The notes: a model not told the origin generated them from the letters alone. A stretch of 64,000 nucleotides of DNA from Iphione sp. A-MEVVRFRX5 (GCA_976226885.1 OZ320313.1:161262001-161326000); one strand, 5' to 3'; positions 25,588 through 37,600 are shown, numbered from the stretch's first letter. Numbers and translations: made by a program.

Positions 25588-28311
25588 AACCCGCCAGGGA
25601 ACCCAACACCCACACTGGAGCTTCATCTTCGGGTGTTGCAGCTGGAGGCGGGAGAGGAACTGTGGTTGGAGGGAGAGCGTTCCCCTTCCTCCAACATCGT
25701 CTTAGCAGGCCGAGTCCGAGGAGAGGTGGTTCCCTGGTTGGTTGACACAGGAGCGTCGTTGACCCTGATAGCTACCGAGGTGGCCGAGGGGGTGGGTCTT
25801 GGACAGTTGGAGCCCGTGGCAAGGCGGATCCTGTGTGCGGACGGGAACCCACTAAGGATACAGGGCCGGAAGAAGTTTTACGTGACATTCGGCGAAGTGG
25901 AGCTCTGGGTGGAGGCTTGGGTTGCCAGCATTGACTGCCCGGCAATTCTGGGTCTCGACACCCTGCAGAGGTGGAAGACACAAGTGGATACCAAGAGGGC
26001 GGCCCTCCGAGTCAGGGTGCCCGAAGAGGAGCGTGTTGGAAGCTGCAAAGTGGTGCTGGCTGAGGACTGCCAGCTCGAAGGAAGGAGCGCCAAGGAGGCC
26101 AGGGTGAGTTGGCCAGAACTGAAGGGCATCGGAGAGGCGGTGCTGCTGGAGGCTGCCCCCGGGTGGGCAGGCCGTTCTGGGATGAACCTGGCGAGGACGC
26201 TGTGCGGCATGGGAGCTACTACCGGAGTGGTGGAGCTGGCGAACCCTGGACGCCTGGGATGCTGTCTGCGGCGAGGAACCGTGGTGGGGCAAGCACAGTT
26301 GGTGGAACTTCCGGAGGAGCATGGTCAAGTGCTGTTGGCGCAAGAGGTCAAGGAGAGCACGGAGTCTGGAGCAGTGCGGAGCTTGCTAGCGAGTCTTCCA
26401 AGAAGTCTTACGGATGAAGAGCGCGACCTGGTGGCCCGTATGCTGGAGGAACATCGGACGTGCTTCCAAGAGGAGGGGGAGCCACTAAGCAGTACTGGAG
26501 AGGTGCAGCACCGAATCGATGTCCAGGGGCACGCACCAATACGTCACCAGGTTCGTCGGCTACCCCCTGTGAAGCGGGAGATCCTGCAGCAGGAGGTACA
26601 GAAGATGCTGGATTGAGGGGTGCTGGAGCCATCGACTAGCCCCTGGGAGTCGCCCGTCGGACTGGTGAAGAAGAAGGATCAGTCGTGGCATTTTTGCATC
26701 GATTACCGAGCCTTAAACGGAGCCACGAAGAAAGATGCCTACCCACTTCCTAGGATCGATGACACATTGGACGCCCTCGAGGGAGCAAGGTACTTCTCGG
26801 CGTTGGACCTGGCCAGTGGGTACTGGCAAGTCCAGATGCACCCTGCGGACCGAGAGAAGACAGCTGTGTGCACCCCGGGAGGATTCTACCAGTTCAAGGT
26901 GATGCCGTTTGGACTCTGTAACGCACCGTCTACCTTTGAGAGGCTCATGGAGGCGGTGCTCCGGGGGCTCGTGGGGACCACTTGTCTGGTCTACTTGGAC
27001 GACGTCATCGTGATAGGACGCTTGGTCTCCGAGATGATCGATCGACTGGCGGAGGTGTTCCAATGACTGAAGAAGGCGGGCCTGAAGATTAAGCCGGAGA
27101 AATGCCAGCTGTTCCAGACCGAAATGGCATACTTGGGGCACCGAGTCTCGGCGGCCGGAATCAAGCCGGATCCCTCCAAGGTTCAAGTGGTGGAGGAGTG
27201 GCCGGCACCGCGCTGTCTCACCGAGTTGAGAAGCTTCATTGGACTGTGCTCGTATTACCGCAACTTCATCCAGGGATTCGCCATCATCGCCAGCCCGCTG
27301 CATCGATTGCTGGAGAAGGGGGAAGCCTTCCATTGGACGTTGGAGTGCAAAGAAGCCTTCCGGACCCTTAAGGGGAAGCTGGTGACGGCGCCCATCCTAG
27401 CTTACCCCAGGGCAGAAGGGCAGATGACCCTCGACACCGATGCTTCAGCGCAGGGAATCGGAGCGGTACTAGCCCAGGAGCAGGACGGCGAGGAGCGGGT
27501 CCTGGCATACGCCAGCCACAGCCTTACTCGGCCGGAACGGAACTACTGCGTGACCCGTAAGGAGCTGTTAGCAGTAATCTTTGGCCTGAGGAAGTTCCGG
27601 TCGTACGTGGGTGGTGCCCGCATCGTCATCAGGACCGATCACAGCTCTCTCCATTGGCTGTGCAACTTCCGCGAACCACAAGGGCAGCTGGCCAGGTGGC
27701 TGGAGGAAATCCACTGCTACGACCTCGAGATCGTCTATCGCCCGGGCAAGAAGCATGGTAATGCTGATGGGCTGTCACGCATGGTCTGCCCTCAGTGTGG
27801 CCGCGACGGAGCGGGGATGGAAGAAGAAGAAGAGTTGCAAGGGACTGTTGCTGTCGTCCGGACAGTGGCTGGAGCTGCCGAAGACCTGAAGCAGGCGCAG
27901 CAGGAGGACGAAACGGTGGCGGAACTGGCCCGCCGCCAGAGTGAAGGAGAACCAGCCCCCAAACTGCAGCCCGAGGATGACCGAGAGACGCGCCGGTTTA
28001 AGAGTGAGTGGCCCCGCCTGTCGATGCGGGAAGGGGTGCTCTGTCGACGATGGGAACAAGAGGACAGGGGAGTGTGATACCAGGCCTACGTGCCCCCCAG
28101 GCGGGGCCCGCTCTTCACACGCTTTGCCAGAGATCCTCGAGACCGGACCCACGACACCCTGCCAGAGGCAACGACCCAGCAGACAAGCAGTTGTTTGGTG
28201 GAGAGCGCCAGGATCTACTGGTACCTACCAGCCCAGTTTGCGAGCGAGCGGATATGCCCGGGGTACAGCGGCTTTCCCCAGGGTGCAAAGATAGAGTCTC
28301 GGCAGTCCTAA
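25541..28311 (+). pseudogene. pol: Pol (protease-RT-RNase H), three in-frame TGA, no integrase catalytic core
   Basis: One frame: LVDTGAS protease, FCIDYRALN/YLDD RT, TDASAQG/ELLAV/TDHSSL/NADGLSR RNase H. TGA at 26614, 27064 and 28075; if these are read through, the frame ends at 28311. Confidence 0.95.
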
Positions 28312-28514
28312 CGGGACTAGCGGCAGGCCGGGGCTCGCCCGGGGGAGATCAACAACAGCAGCGGCGACTGGCAGAGACCGGGCAGACAACGGCCGGAGGC
28401 TGCCCGTGCATCGGCGGGGAGAGGCAAACAGCGGGGACCGGGCGGAGTACAAGCGGCGACGACTGGCAGAGCAGCGGCAGCATATCACCAGAGTCCAGGC
28501 GGTGTGCAGCGGAG

Positions 28515-29060
28515 ATGGAGGCGTCGAAGGGATATTTCTGCACCCAGTGCGGATATACTTGCAACCGGCTCCCCAACCTGGAGCGTCACCTTGACACCCA
28601 TCGTAACCTGGGGGTGGCGCGGCGTTGCCCTGACCCTGCCTGCGGTGGCGTGCACTTTAAGCGGAGGGATGACTTCAAGCGCCACTTGGAGAAGAAACAT
28701 CAGGGCGAGGAGCACTGGCTGACACTTGGGCAACAGGTGGACGTCTGCTTTGTGGATTACAGAACCGGGGAGGATGTTGAGGTGCCCCTGGAGTTTGAGG
28801 TGGAGATGGCGTTGGCCCGGAAGAAGGAGGCGTACGATTGGGCGAGGGAGCTCGCCATTATGCAGGGGGGGCCAGCGGCGCCGCGGCTCCATCTCCCCCG
28901 GCGTTCGGCGAGGGGACAACCCCCCTCCAAGTCAGCCATGAAGAGGGGGCGTTCCTCGCCCAAGCCACCGTCCTCCAGCGAGGAAGAAGAGGAGGAAGAG
29001 GAAGAGGAAGACACAGTGGAGAAGGAGCAGGACCGCTCGACCGGGTCGGGGCCCCCGTGA
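28515..29060 (+). CDS. Accessory ORF3 of the LTR element: two C2H2 zinc fingers + basic/acidic tail (181 aa)
   Basis: CTQC-x12-HLDTH and CPDPAC-x13-HLEKKH; KRGRSSPK and an E-rich run. Start chosen at gagATGg 28515; the frame is open from 28008. Confidence 0.8.
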   Translation: MEASKGYFCTQCGYTCNRLPNLERHLDTHRNLGVARRCPDPACGGVHFKRRDDFKRHLEKKHQGEEHWLTLGQQVDVCFVDYRTGEDVEVPLEFEVEMALARKKEAYDWARELAIMQGGPAAPRLHLPRRSARGQPPSKSAMKRGRSSPKPPSSSEEEEEEEEEEDTVEKEQDRSTGSGPP

Positions 29061-29151
29061 GGGACGAGGGGGGCAGGTCTCGTCCACTTCACTGGGCACG
29101 CCGGAAGCTGCAACTAGGCCACGCTCCAAGCAACTCCCCAAGGCTTCCCCA

Positions 29152-30731
29152 ATGACGAGGCAATACGTGGACCTATACGAACTGGATGGGTCCCCCTCAG
29201 GGTCGGAGGGGGGCCTCACACCCCAGCTGAAGAAGGCGGCCAGGATTAGTGAACAGCGTCACCAGCAGCTTCCCCCACCGGCGGTACCTGGACCGTCTGG
29301 AGTGATGCCTCGGAAGGGACCGCAGCGTTCCCCAGCTAAACGAGCCCGCGGAGGGGTCACTACGATGGCAGAGAGGGACCCGCGACTACGCGAGCGAGCG
29401 GCGCAGTACCAGCCGGTAACGTTGCCGATCTCCCCCGTGACTTCCCCCCAGAAACCGCCGTCTGTGCCCGGCCGGGTGGGGACATCATCCACCATGTCCC
29501 TGCTGGCCCGGGCTGTGGTCACTTCAGGCATCATGGACCCCCACGCTCCAGCCCCAGCAGGAAGCCCGGATTCAGCGACCCTGGACGCCCGCCTGGGATC
29601 GGAATGGCAGAATGTGGAAGAGCATGAGAGGGGGACGGACCCCATCGTCCTGGATTCTGGGGACGAGGACGAGGGGGCACCTGTGCCAGGAGCGGGCTCC
29701 TCCAGCCGTGGAGATGGAGGGACACCATTGACGGGGACCTGCCGCCACGTCCGGTTGGAGGAGGGCGTGGACAGTGGGAGTCTTCCGCCCATGGACACCC
29801 CTCTTCTGCCCATGGACACCCCTTCGGAGTCAGAGATGGCCGTAGTCTTGGCCAATCAGCTGACAGCGCAGAAACAGGACGGAAGGAAGGGCCGGCCGAC
29901 AGTGTTCCAGCGCCCCCGGTCGACCACGATACTTCCACTGGGCCACAAGGCGGATCCCCCTGAATGGATTCGGGAAGGCGGTCGGTGCCCCACGAGTCGG
30001 GCACCGCTCCCACTACAGAGAGTGTGGGGACCCCCCGGCAGGAGCTGGGACGACGGTCGGTGCCCCACGAGTCGGGCACCGCCTCATCTACGTAGAATAT
30101 GGCGACCCCGCAGCCAGGGTCGGGACGATGGTTGGTGCCCCTCGAGCCGGGCACCATACCTCCAGCCACCACGGGCACCACCGCAGTGGTGACACAAGCA
30201 CCAGTCACCACCCGGTCCGCAGCAGGGGTGACACCCCCCTTGGCAACGTCCACCCGGGCAGGAGGAACCGAGACGGTGGTGGTGAGGACGGTTGGCTCAG
30301 GAGGAAAAGGGGAGCGGCCCACCCCCGGTCACCAAGGACGAACGCCGGGAACGGCTATCGTACGGCGGCAGCTTACCTGGGGAGACGCGGAGGTGCCGGC
30401 CTCCAACTGCCGTTGGGCCGTTGGACTTGTACTAACATCCGTCACTGAGCCGCCACTGGGGTGGCATCTGGCCACCACACAAGGACACAACGAGGTGGAG
30501 CCGGGGGAGGGCTTCCACCGGCAGACGGCAGAACTCTGGCTGAGGGCAGCCGTGCCGGAGGACGTGGAAGGACTAGAAGCTTGGGCCAGTCAGTCCCGTA
30601 GGGAAGAGGCCGGAGTGAGGACCAAGCGCTGCCATTGGAGGTTTGAGGCCTCCGGCTTGGACCAGATGAGGACATTAATCACCTGGGAGGCAGAGTACGT
30701 GGCCAAGCTCTCCCCGGTGGGCCACCAGTAA
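29152..30731 (+). pseudogene. Accessory ORF4 of the LTR element: long Pro/Ser/Thr-rich region + Trp-rich C-terminal domain, disrupted
   Basis: The track ORFs 29152-30192 and 30099-30731 can be joined by one frameshift near 29880 and read-through of TGA 29961 and TAG 30093; no signal peptide or TM segment visible. Confidence 0.55.
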
Positions 30732-31156
30732 CCGGTTGGTTGCTCCTGTACAAAAGTTGGGTCTGTACTGACCCCCTGTTTTCGTTGGAGGAGCCCTGTA
30801 CTGGACTCCCCTTTCTTGTTCACATTCAGTGTCCTCCCATTAACCCTTGTTACCAGATTGTGTCTAAGTAAGAACTTGGAACCTGTACTGGTTCTTCTCT
30901 ATTACAGTTGCTTGTCCTTCTGAGGTCTGTACTGACCTAGTACTGTTGAAGCTTGTTCAGAAGTTGAAGTACGGTTAGGCCTGTACTGGCCTGGGGGTTT
31001 CCAAGATGGGGGCCCTGTATTGGTTCCCCTCTTCTACAGTTTCATGCATGTTGGCCTGTACTGGCTTTGTTGTTTAGACATGTAAAATACAAGTACAAAG
31101 TGCTGTAGTTGAAGATGTTTATTGTCATATTTGGGGCTCAGGGACTGAGCCAACTT

Positions 31157-31168
31157 AGAGGGGGGCAG
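31157..31168 (+). promoter_or_regulatory. Polypurine tract
   Basis: AGAGGGGGGCAG directly before the 3' LTR. Confidence 0.9.
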
Positions 31169-31423
31169 TGTTGGGCCTGCGCCCAAGTTTCAGTGTAACT
31201 CCGGCCGGAGTTCGGCGGAGTCATAGTTGTTGCCGGGGGTCGCCCGGAGTTAGCGGAGTTGGCCGGAGTTGGCCGGAGTTCGTGCCCCTCCAGCCAGGTT
31301 AACACTGTCTATATAAGGGACTGAGCTGGAGGGGTTTGTTGCCATTCTTGTCTGTTCCTTCTTGGAATAAACTTCAGTCAAAACTATACTACAAAAGTCA
31401 TGTCACATCGTTCGGGGCGAACA
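31169..31423 (+). repeat. 3' LTR (255 bp)
   Basis: Near-identical to 23965-24210. Confidence 0.97.
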
Positions 31424-31669
31424 ATATGTTCTACACCTTTCATTTTCAGGGAACATGTAATTCTGCTATAGGTTTAGCAAACAGACTTCTTAGCATGTCA
31501 ATGATTGTTGTCCTTGAAGTTGATCCTAATTTATGGCCGATTTCTCATTCAGCCAGCCTTATATGCTTGGGTTGGGAACTCGGCTGTGCGTGCTATCTCT
31601 GATAGACTTTTCATTCTGGATTGTCTCGAAAAGGTGAGATTGAACTTAGACTGATGATATCTTTTCAGA

Positions 31670-31978
31670 TTGTAACTGGAAAACATAAAAACTGATGAAT
31701 GTCACTGAAAAAAGTATAAAAACTGGTACATGTCACTGAAAAATAGTATAAAAACTGGTGAATGTCACTGGAAAAAGTATAAAAACTTGTAAATGTCACT
31801 GGAAAAGTATAAAAACTGGGAAATGTCAATGGAAAAAGTATAAAAACTGGCAAATGTCACTGGAAAAAAGTATAAAAACTGATAAATGTCACTGGAAAAA
31901 GTATGAAAACTTATGAATGTCACTGGAAAAGGTATAGAAACTGGTGAATGTCACAGGAAAAGTATGAAAATTGTGTGG
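31670..31978. repeat. Minisatellite, about 31 bp unit, about 10 copies
   Basis: Consensus AATGTCACTGGAAAAAGTATAAAAACTGGT(A/G). Confidence 0.9.
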
Positions 31979-34136
31979 AATTGTGCAGTAATCACAAATT
32001 GTCTTGTCCTGTAACATCATTTCACTTGATTCGTTGGAGCCAAGACACCTCTAGACCTGACTCAGATAAACAGTGCAAACAGGTAAACCGTGCAAATGGG
32101 AAAACCATAAGCCAAGGGTGGTGTCTCATGGACAGGCTGACCATTCACAGGTGAATGGGAAACCGGCTATTAGAGATTTATGGCCACTTTTATCTTAGCA
32201 TCTACCACCAGAAAAAAAACGGTTAATGAATGGAACTGAATAGTCAACATATACATATTGAAATAGTTGGATTGGCCAGATCTATAGGTTGATTTCACTG
32301 CTTTTGATGGTGTAAATGCAGAATGACATGCTTCACAGCACTTTATAACCAGCTCATTGTACATAGTCTTCTCACCCTGGCCACTACAAACAGGGTCTTT
32401 CATGCACTTCCATGTGCATAGCTCTTGCTCTTAAGGACTTTTTCGAGGAACTTGTCACAGATGAGTAATCCTAGTCTTCACAGTAGATGGTCTTGTTCTC
32501 CTATTCTCCTCTCTGTAAAGGAAATATGGAATGATATCAGTATATCAGTGTCATTTTCTGAAGGCTAGTTACAGACTGTATCATATTTGACCCTAGGAAG
32601 CCCTTTATGCTTAGTTGTTTTAGGGTGAATATTACTTATAGTTATGGGCAAGGTAATTCACCCTGGGGACCAATGGTATATTTCGATCATGTGACCACAA
32701 TATAGGCTCTATCCCCACATTTGATTTGAACAGCTGGTAGGTAGGATAAGTTATCCAAGTTTGCATTTTATCTTGTGCAATGAAAGTTTCACATCATATT
32801 TATAAGCACACAACTACACTGACTGCTCTTCAGATACGATGCTTCCAGTAAGGGTATTCCCCACTTTGGACCAAAGATCAAAGTGAATGGTTTCATGTGA
32901 GAAATAACTATAAACCTCCTAGACCATGAATATGTTTTAAATTTTGTTATTTGGAAATTACGGCCAATACCTCTTTGATGTTAGAGCACACAGTACTTTT
33001 CGAGGACACACAATGAATGCGAGGCATCCACCATTAGTTTGTTCTCATATCACAAAACATCCAATACCACAGTTCCCACCCCAAGCAGATCAGGTATCTA
33101 CTGCCATATAAAAAGAACTTCACTGGAACATAATGGACTGGTACAACACTTATTGTCAGAATGTTTTTCATATCCTTGAACGCAGCTTCATATTCTATTA
33201 TCCGATATAATCTAGCAGATTTAGGCCGAAAGTGATGATGTGCTTGCGATAATCCTCCTGTGGAGATCCATCAGCCTTATCAGACTCGGCACTTGTAATA
33301 CATGTATATCCTTTGGTCTTGGGACATTCATTACTGTTTACAGCTTTGACCTAGTAGGATAAATGCCTCAAACATCAAGCATGAATCTTAGTCAGTGGAA
33401 TTCTCAAAGGACAAGAAATAGATCCTCTGCCTAGGCCTGTTACAATGACGCATTTTTCGCCAGTGACCTAGATATATAGCTAATCAGAGCACAGAGTGGG
33501 AAAGCCCTGCTTCTACAAACACTGTGCATGCGGAAGAGCCACCAACTAGAGTCATATAGCATATATTTTTTCAGGCCAGTACAAAGAAACTCTGAAATGT
33601 AGGACAAAATGGTTTACCATATATATACCTAAGGTATCAAAGATCAATCGATCCAAATATGAAAGGTTTCTCTGTAGAATTGACAGAACTGGAGCAGTGG
33701 AAACTTTGGGTGTTTTAGATAGCAGTCAGTGCAGACTGTCACTGGAATGTTGAAGCAGTGCATAACTAGGTCACTCCATCTGCACACTTGCTCATGAGGG
33801 GAAGGGTCCATTGGACATCTTTAGCTTCCTGCTGGATATGTGAATTATTTAAAACATCATCTAAAAGATAAGCAGTGGCAGAATTAGTAACCCAGTTACT
33901 GTGGAATTACTGCCGAGGCAGGTGATACTCCACAAGGCATAAGTGTGTAACAGTAAAATCCAGAGGTACTTGTAGATATATGTACCTTTAATTCAATAAA
34001 GTTATCGGGAATAATACAGAATCACCTGAATAAATACTAACAATTAGATAAAAACATTCAAATATATTGCCTGTAGATATCTCAAGGTATGGTTAAATAA
34101 AAATGACATATCTTTATGTTGACAATTGAAAATATA

Positions 34137-35460
34137 CAATAGAACGTCCGTTAGCAGACAACTGGGCATAGTAGACCACCCTTACTGCCGACATACACTA
34201 CAGAGCTATATGAAAGCACTCTATTACATGTTAATGTCTCCTGGACAAATATAGGACACTCACCTAAAGTCGACACATGCTTGCTAATGTAGATTTTACA
34301 ATCCTGAACTCTGTTTCTTTAAGTCTATTACAGACATTGAGTGGGGGCATAGCAACCCACATTTCAGGTAGGTACTGTGACACAGGGAGGAAAATGCTCA
34401 GATCTGCTCACATCTCAGTTAGCTGTGAGGGGACGGCCAGCAGGAGAATAATGAAGAATTCCAGAACAAACCAGGGTTTTCTTCAGACGCCCTCCTGATA
34501 AGACCCTCTTTGTCAAGGGCTTTGAAGTGGCAGGAGGGAAAAAGCCAAGGAGAGGCTTACAGTTTGCCTACAGGTGTCAACATGGCCAGGACTTGGAGAA
34601 GCCTCTAATCATAGGGAAGGCAAACAGGCCCAGGTGCTGTAGGAACCTTGACCTCAGCAGACTGACAGTTACCTGAAAGGCAAATAAGAAGTCCTGAATG
34701 ACTACCATGCTGTTTGAGGACTGCCTGGTGCAGTTCAATAAAATGAAACCCAGGGGACATCATGTAGCCTTGATGTTGGCCAATGCCACTTCCCATCCTA
34801 AGGATCTTAGAGTCAGTCATGTGAAGGTTATCTTCCTGCCAGTCAATGCTGCCAGTGCCTTACACCACTGCACCAAGGGATCATTCTCTGCAAGGAGAAG
34901 ATATACGAGAAGAAGCTGCTTAAACATGTAATTCATAAGGTAGACTCAGGCAAGGATCCCCTAGCCATTTCAAGATCAGTTGACATCCTGATGGCCATCA
35001 GCTGGATCAACACTGCTATCAGCCTAATTTAACCAAGCACAGTAGAGAGGTGCTTTCATAGGAGTCTTGAGAAACTTGTGTTATCTGAAGATACCTCACC
35101 TGAGGATTCTGATTGTGAGGATGGCCTTCCATTGGCCGAGCTGGTTAGGAAACCTTAGGAGGACCTTAGCCTGGGATCAGCCCATGATCCCATGGACAAG
35201 GACTGTGAGGAGAAGCTGGTGCAGGAGGCCAAGGGATGTCATAATTTCAACCTGTGGAAGAGGAAAAAAAGAGGGTGAGGAAGAGCAGCATGTGAAGGTG
35301 CAGCCCATAACAGACCAGGAATTTCGAGATACCCTTGTAGGAATTAAGGATCACAGTGTCTTAAAAGGCTCAACCACAAGAATGACCGCTATTTTCCATC
35401 TCCTCCAGATATACAATAAGACGAGAGCACCTAGACAAAAGTCCAGAAGACCATCAAAGC
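34137..35460 (+). pseudogene. Decayed pogo/Tigger (DDE_1) transposase with probable left TIR
   Basis: TA|CAATAGAACGTCCGTTAGCAGACA terminus; fragments FFRRPPDKTL, KAKERLTV, EKPLIIGKANRPRC, KANKKS*MT, LANATSHP, IFLPVN, VDILMAISWI across frameshifts and stops. Confidence 0.85.
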
Positions 35461-36140
35461 TTTCATCACTATGCAACTTCTTGAACAGGACGTGAACTGT
35501 TTCAATTTTTTGTGCTTATTTCTTGTATGTTACATGCATAGACATTTATGTTTATGTATTCATTGTCATTTATTGTCTGAGTCTCCTCTCAAAATCGGTT
35601 CATCAATTCTGTTTTGTGTGATGTTTTAGGTTTGTTTATGACTCGCTTTTGTATGTTCTACAATAACATGTAATTAATACATTAATTTTATTATCAAATA
35701 ACATTAATAAAATGACTTTGACTGCATTTCTAGTCCATTTCTATCATATTTATGAAGTCCATTTCTATCATATTTGTGAAGTGATGGTATCGCTCATCTG
35801 TGATCTATATATGCCCTGTTGGTAAATATATGTAGTTGCCATGCTATTTCCCAGAGCCATGAAAAAAAGGTAAAATCAGTATTAGATTATCGTCCTTGCA
35901 GAATTGAGCCTTCTAGATGAAAAATGTATAGCTAAAATAAGTAAGTGATTGGTAGGAATATGTGAAGTAGATATTTAAAGAATCTACATTAATCCATTAG
36001 TCATAATGAGCTGATCACTGAACATTGAAGAAATAAGTAGTGCGGACGTAACTTTTACCGAATTGTGACATTGTCCAAATTTTAAGCAATTTGATTGGCT
36101 GATTCCCATTATGACAACACCAATGATAAAAAACATGTTG

Positions 36141-36294
36141 CCAGTCCCCACACTTTTAAGGTGAAAGGAGCCGCATGATCATTCCATATTTCGTAAAAAT
36201 AGGGGTCATATTCAGGTCTGAACACTTTTCTTGGAATCTTTGAAAAAGAAGGTACTTTAAGGCCTAAAATTTGCATTTTCACATAAATAGAGGG

Positions 36295-36336
<42 letters not shown>

Positions 36337-36981
36337 AATGGCAAATTTTTGTGCTGATTGGAAGGAATCACCCTGAATCTGTGCAAATGCCGAGTTTTTT
36401 TGCACTGAATGGAAGAAATTCCACCCAAATCTCTGTAAATGACAAGGTTTTTTTTGGCACTGATCGGAAGGAATTCCACCCAAATCTCTGTAAACGGCAA
36501 GTTTTTTGGGGGGCACTGATTGGAAGGAATTCCACCCAGATCTCTGTAAATGGCAAGTTTTTTTGCGCTGATCATAAGACATTCAACCCAAATCTGTGTA
36601 AATAGCAAGTTTTTTTTTGTGTTGATCAGAAGGAATTTCACCCAAATCTGTGTAAATGGCAAGTCTTTTTGTGCTGTTCGGAAGGAATTCCATCCAAATC
36701 TGTGTACATGTATATGGTGATTTATTTTAATGTAAATGATATACAAATAAGAAAAAGGGGGTATTTTAAGGGCTCATATTCTATATGTGAAAATAGAAAG
36801 GAATACATGTAATTTATTCTTGAAAAAGGGGGATACATGTATTTTAAGAGACAAAAATTTGTTTTCATGCAAATATGGGGGTTAATTGCTCTCAAAATTC
36901 TTGAATAGTGGGGTCTTAATTTTGGGGGAATGATCATGTGCATCTATTTTTTTTGTGTGAGACTATAGTGAGGGGACCGGG
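36141..36981. mobile_element. Non-autonomous element with CC(G/A)GTCCC termini, (CT)n and about 7 internal 50-55 bp tandem units, copy 1
   Basis: Ends ccagtcccca / aggggaccggg; colinear with 41150-42093; unit TGTAAATGGCAAGTTTTT...CTGATCGGAAGGAATTCCACCCAAATC. Confidence 0.8.
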
Positions 36982-37218
36982 GGTAGTATACGTTTATTCA
37001 ACTGTTGGCAATCAATCCTTTATAGTCTAAGAAGAGTTGCATTATCTATTCGAGGATGAAATGATGTTTCATTGGTTTATGCATACCGGTACCTTTGTGA
37101 TAAAGAAAACGCGCAAGCTATACTGGACTATATGCGGTTTATGTACCGGTATACAAAATTAAGTGTAAATTAAAAGTTCAAAAAAATGGCAAAGGCCAAA
37201 GTATCCATAACCTTAGAA

Positions 37219-37524
37219 CAGGCCCGTAGCCAAGGGGGTATCGGGGGTATCGTCCGATACCCCCCACAGAAGTCAGGAGTTCCACCTTTCTAGGCCTATA
37301 GCNNNNNNNNNNNNNNNNNNNNNNNNNNNNNNNNNNNNNNNNNNNNNNNNNNNNNNNNNNNNNNNNNNNNNNNNNNNNNNNNNNNNNNNNNNNNNNNNNN
37401 NNNNNNNNNNNNNNNNNNNNNNNNNNNNNNNNNNNNNNNNNNNNNNNNNNNNNNNAGGAGTTCCACCTCACTAGGCCTATAGTTAAGGGTGTATCATGAG
37501 AATGAGGGAGGGGGAGAGAGAGAG

Positions 37525-37600
<76 letters not shown>

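Larger units (their letters stand above)
23965..31423 (+). mobile_element. Ty3/Gypsy LTR retrotransposon, 7459 bp, integrase core absent, with accessory ORFs
   Basis: TG...CA LTRs at both ends, ATAT TSD (23961-23964, 31424-31427), PBS, PPT, domain order gag-PR-RT-RH. Confidence 0.97.

Noticed and set aside
29152-30731. env gene
   Set aside because: The position fits, but there is no signal peptide, furin site plus fusion peptide, or TM anchor.
24171-30823. Many overlapping and antisense ORFs inside the LTR element
   Set aside because: Expected by-products of GC-rich coding sequence; no recognisable domains, and they shadow gag, pol, ORF3 and ORF4.
32000-33600. Degenerate transposon or LINE coding sequence
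   Set aside because: Composition looks coding-like, but no motif could be identified in any frame.
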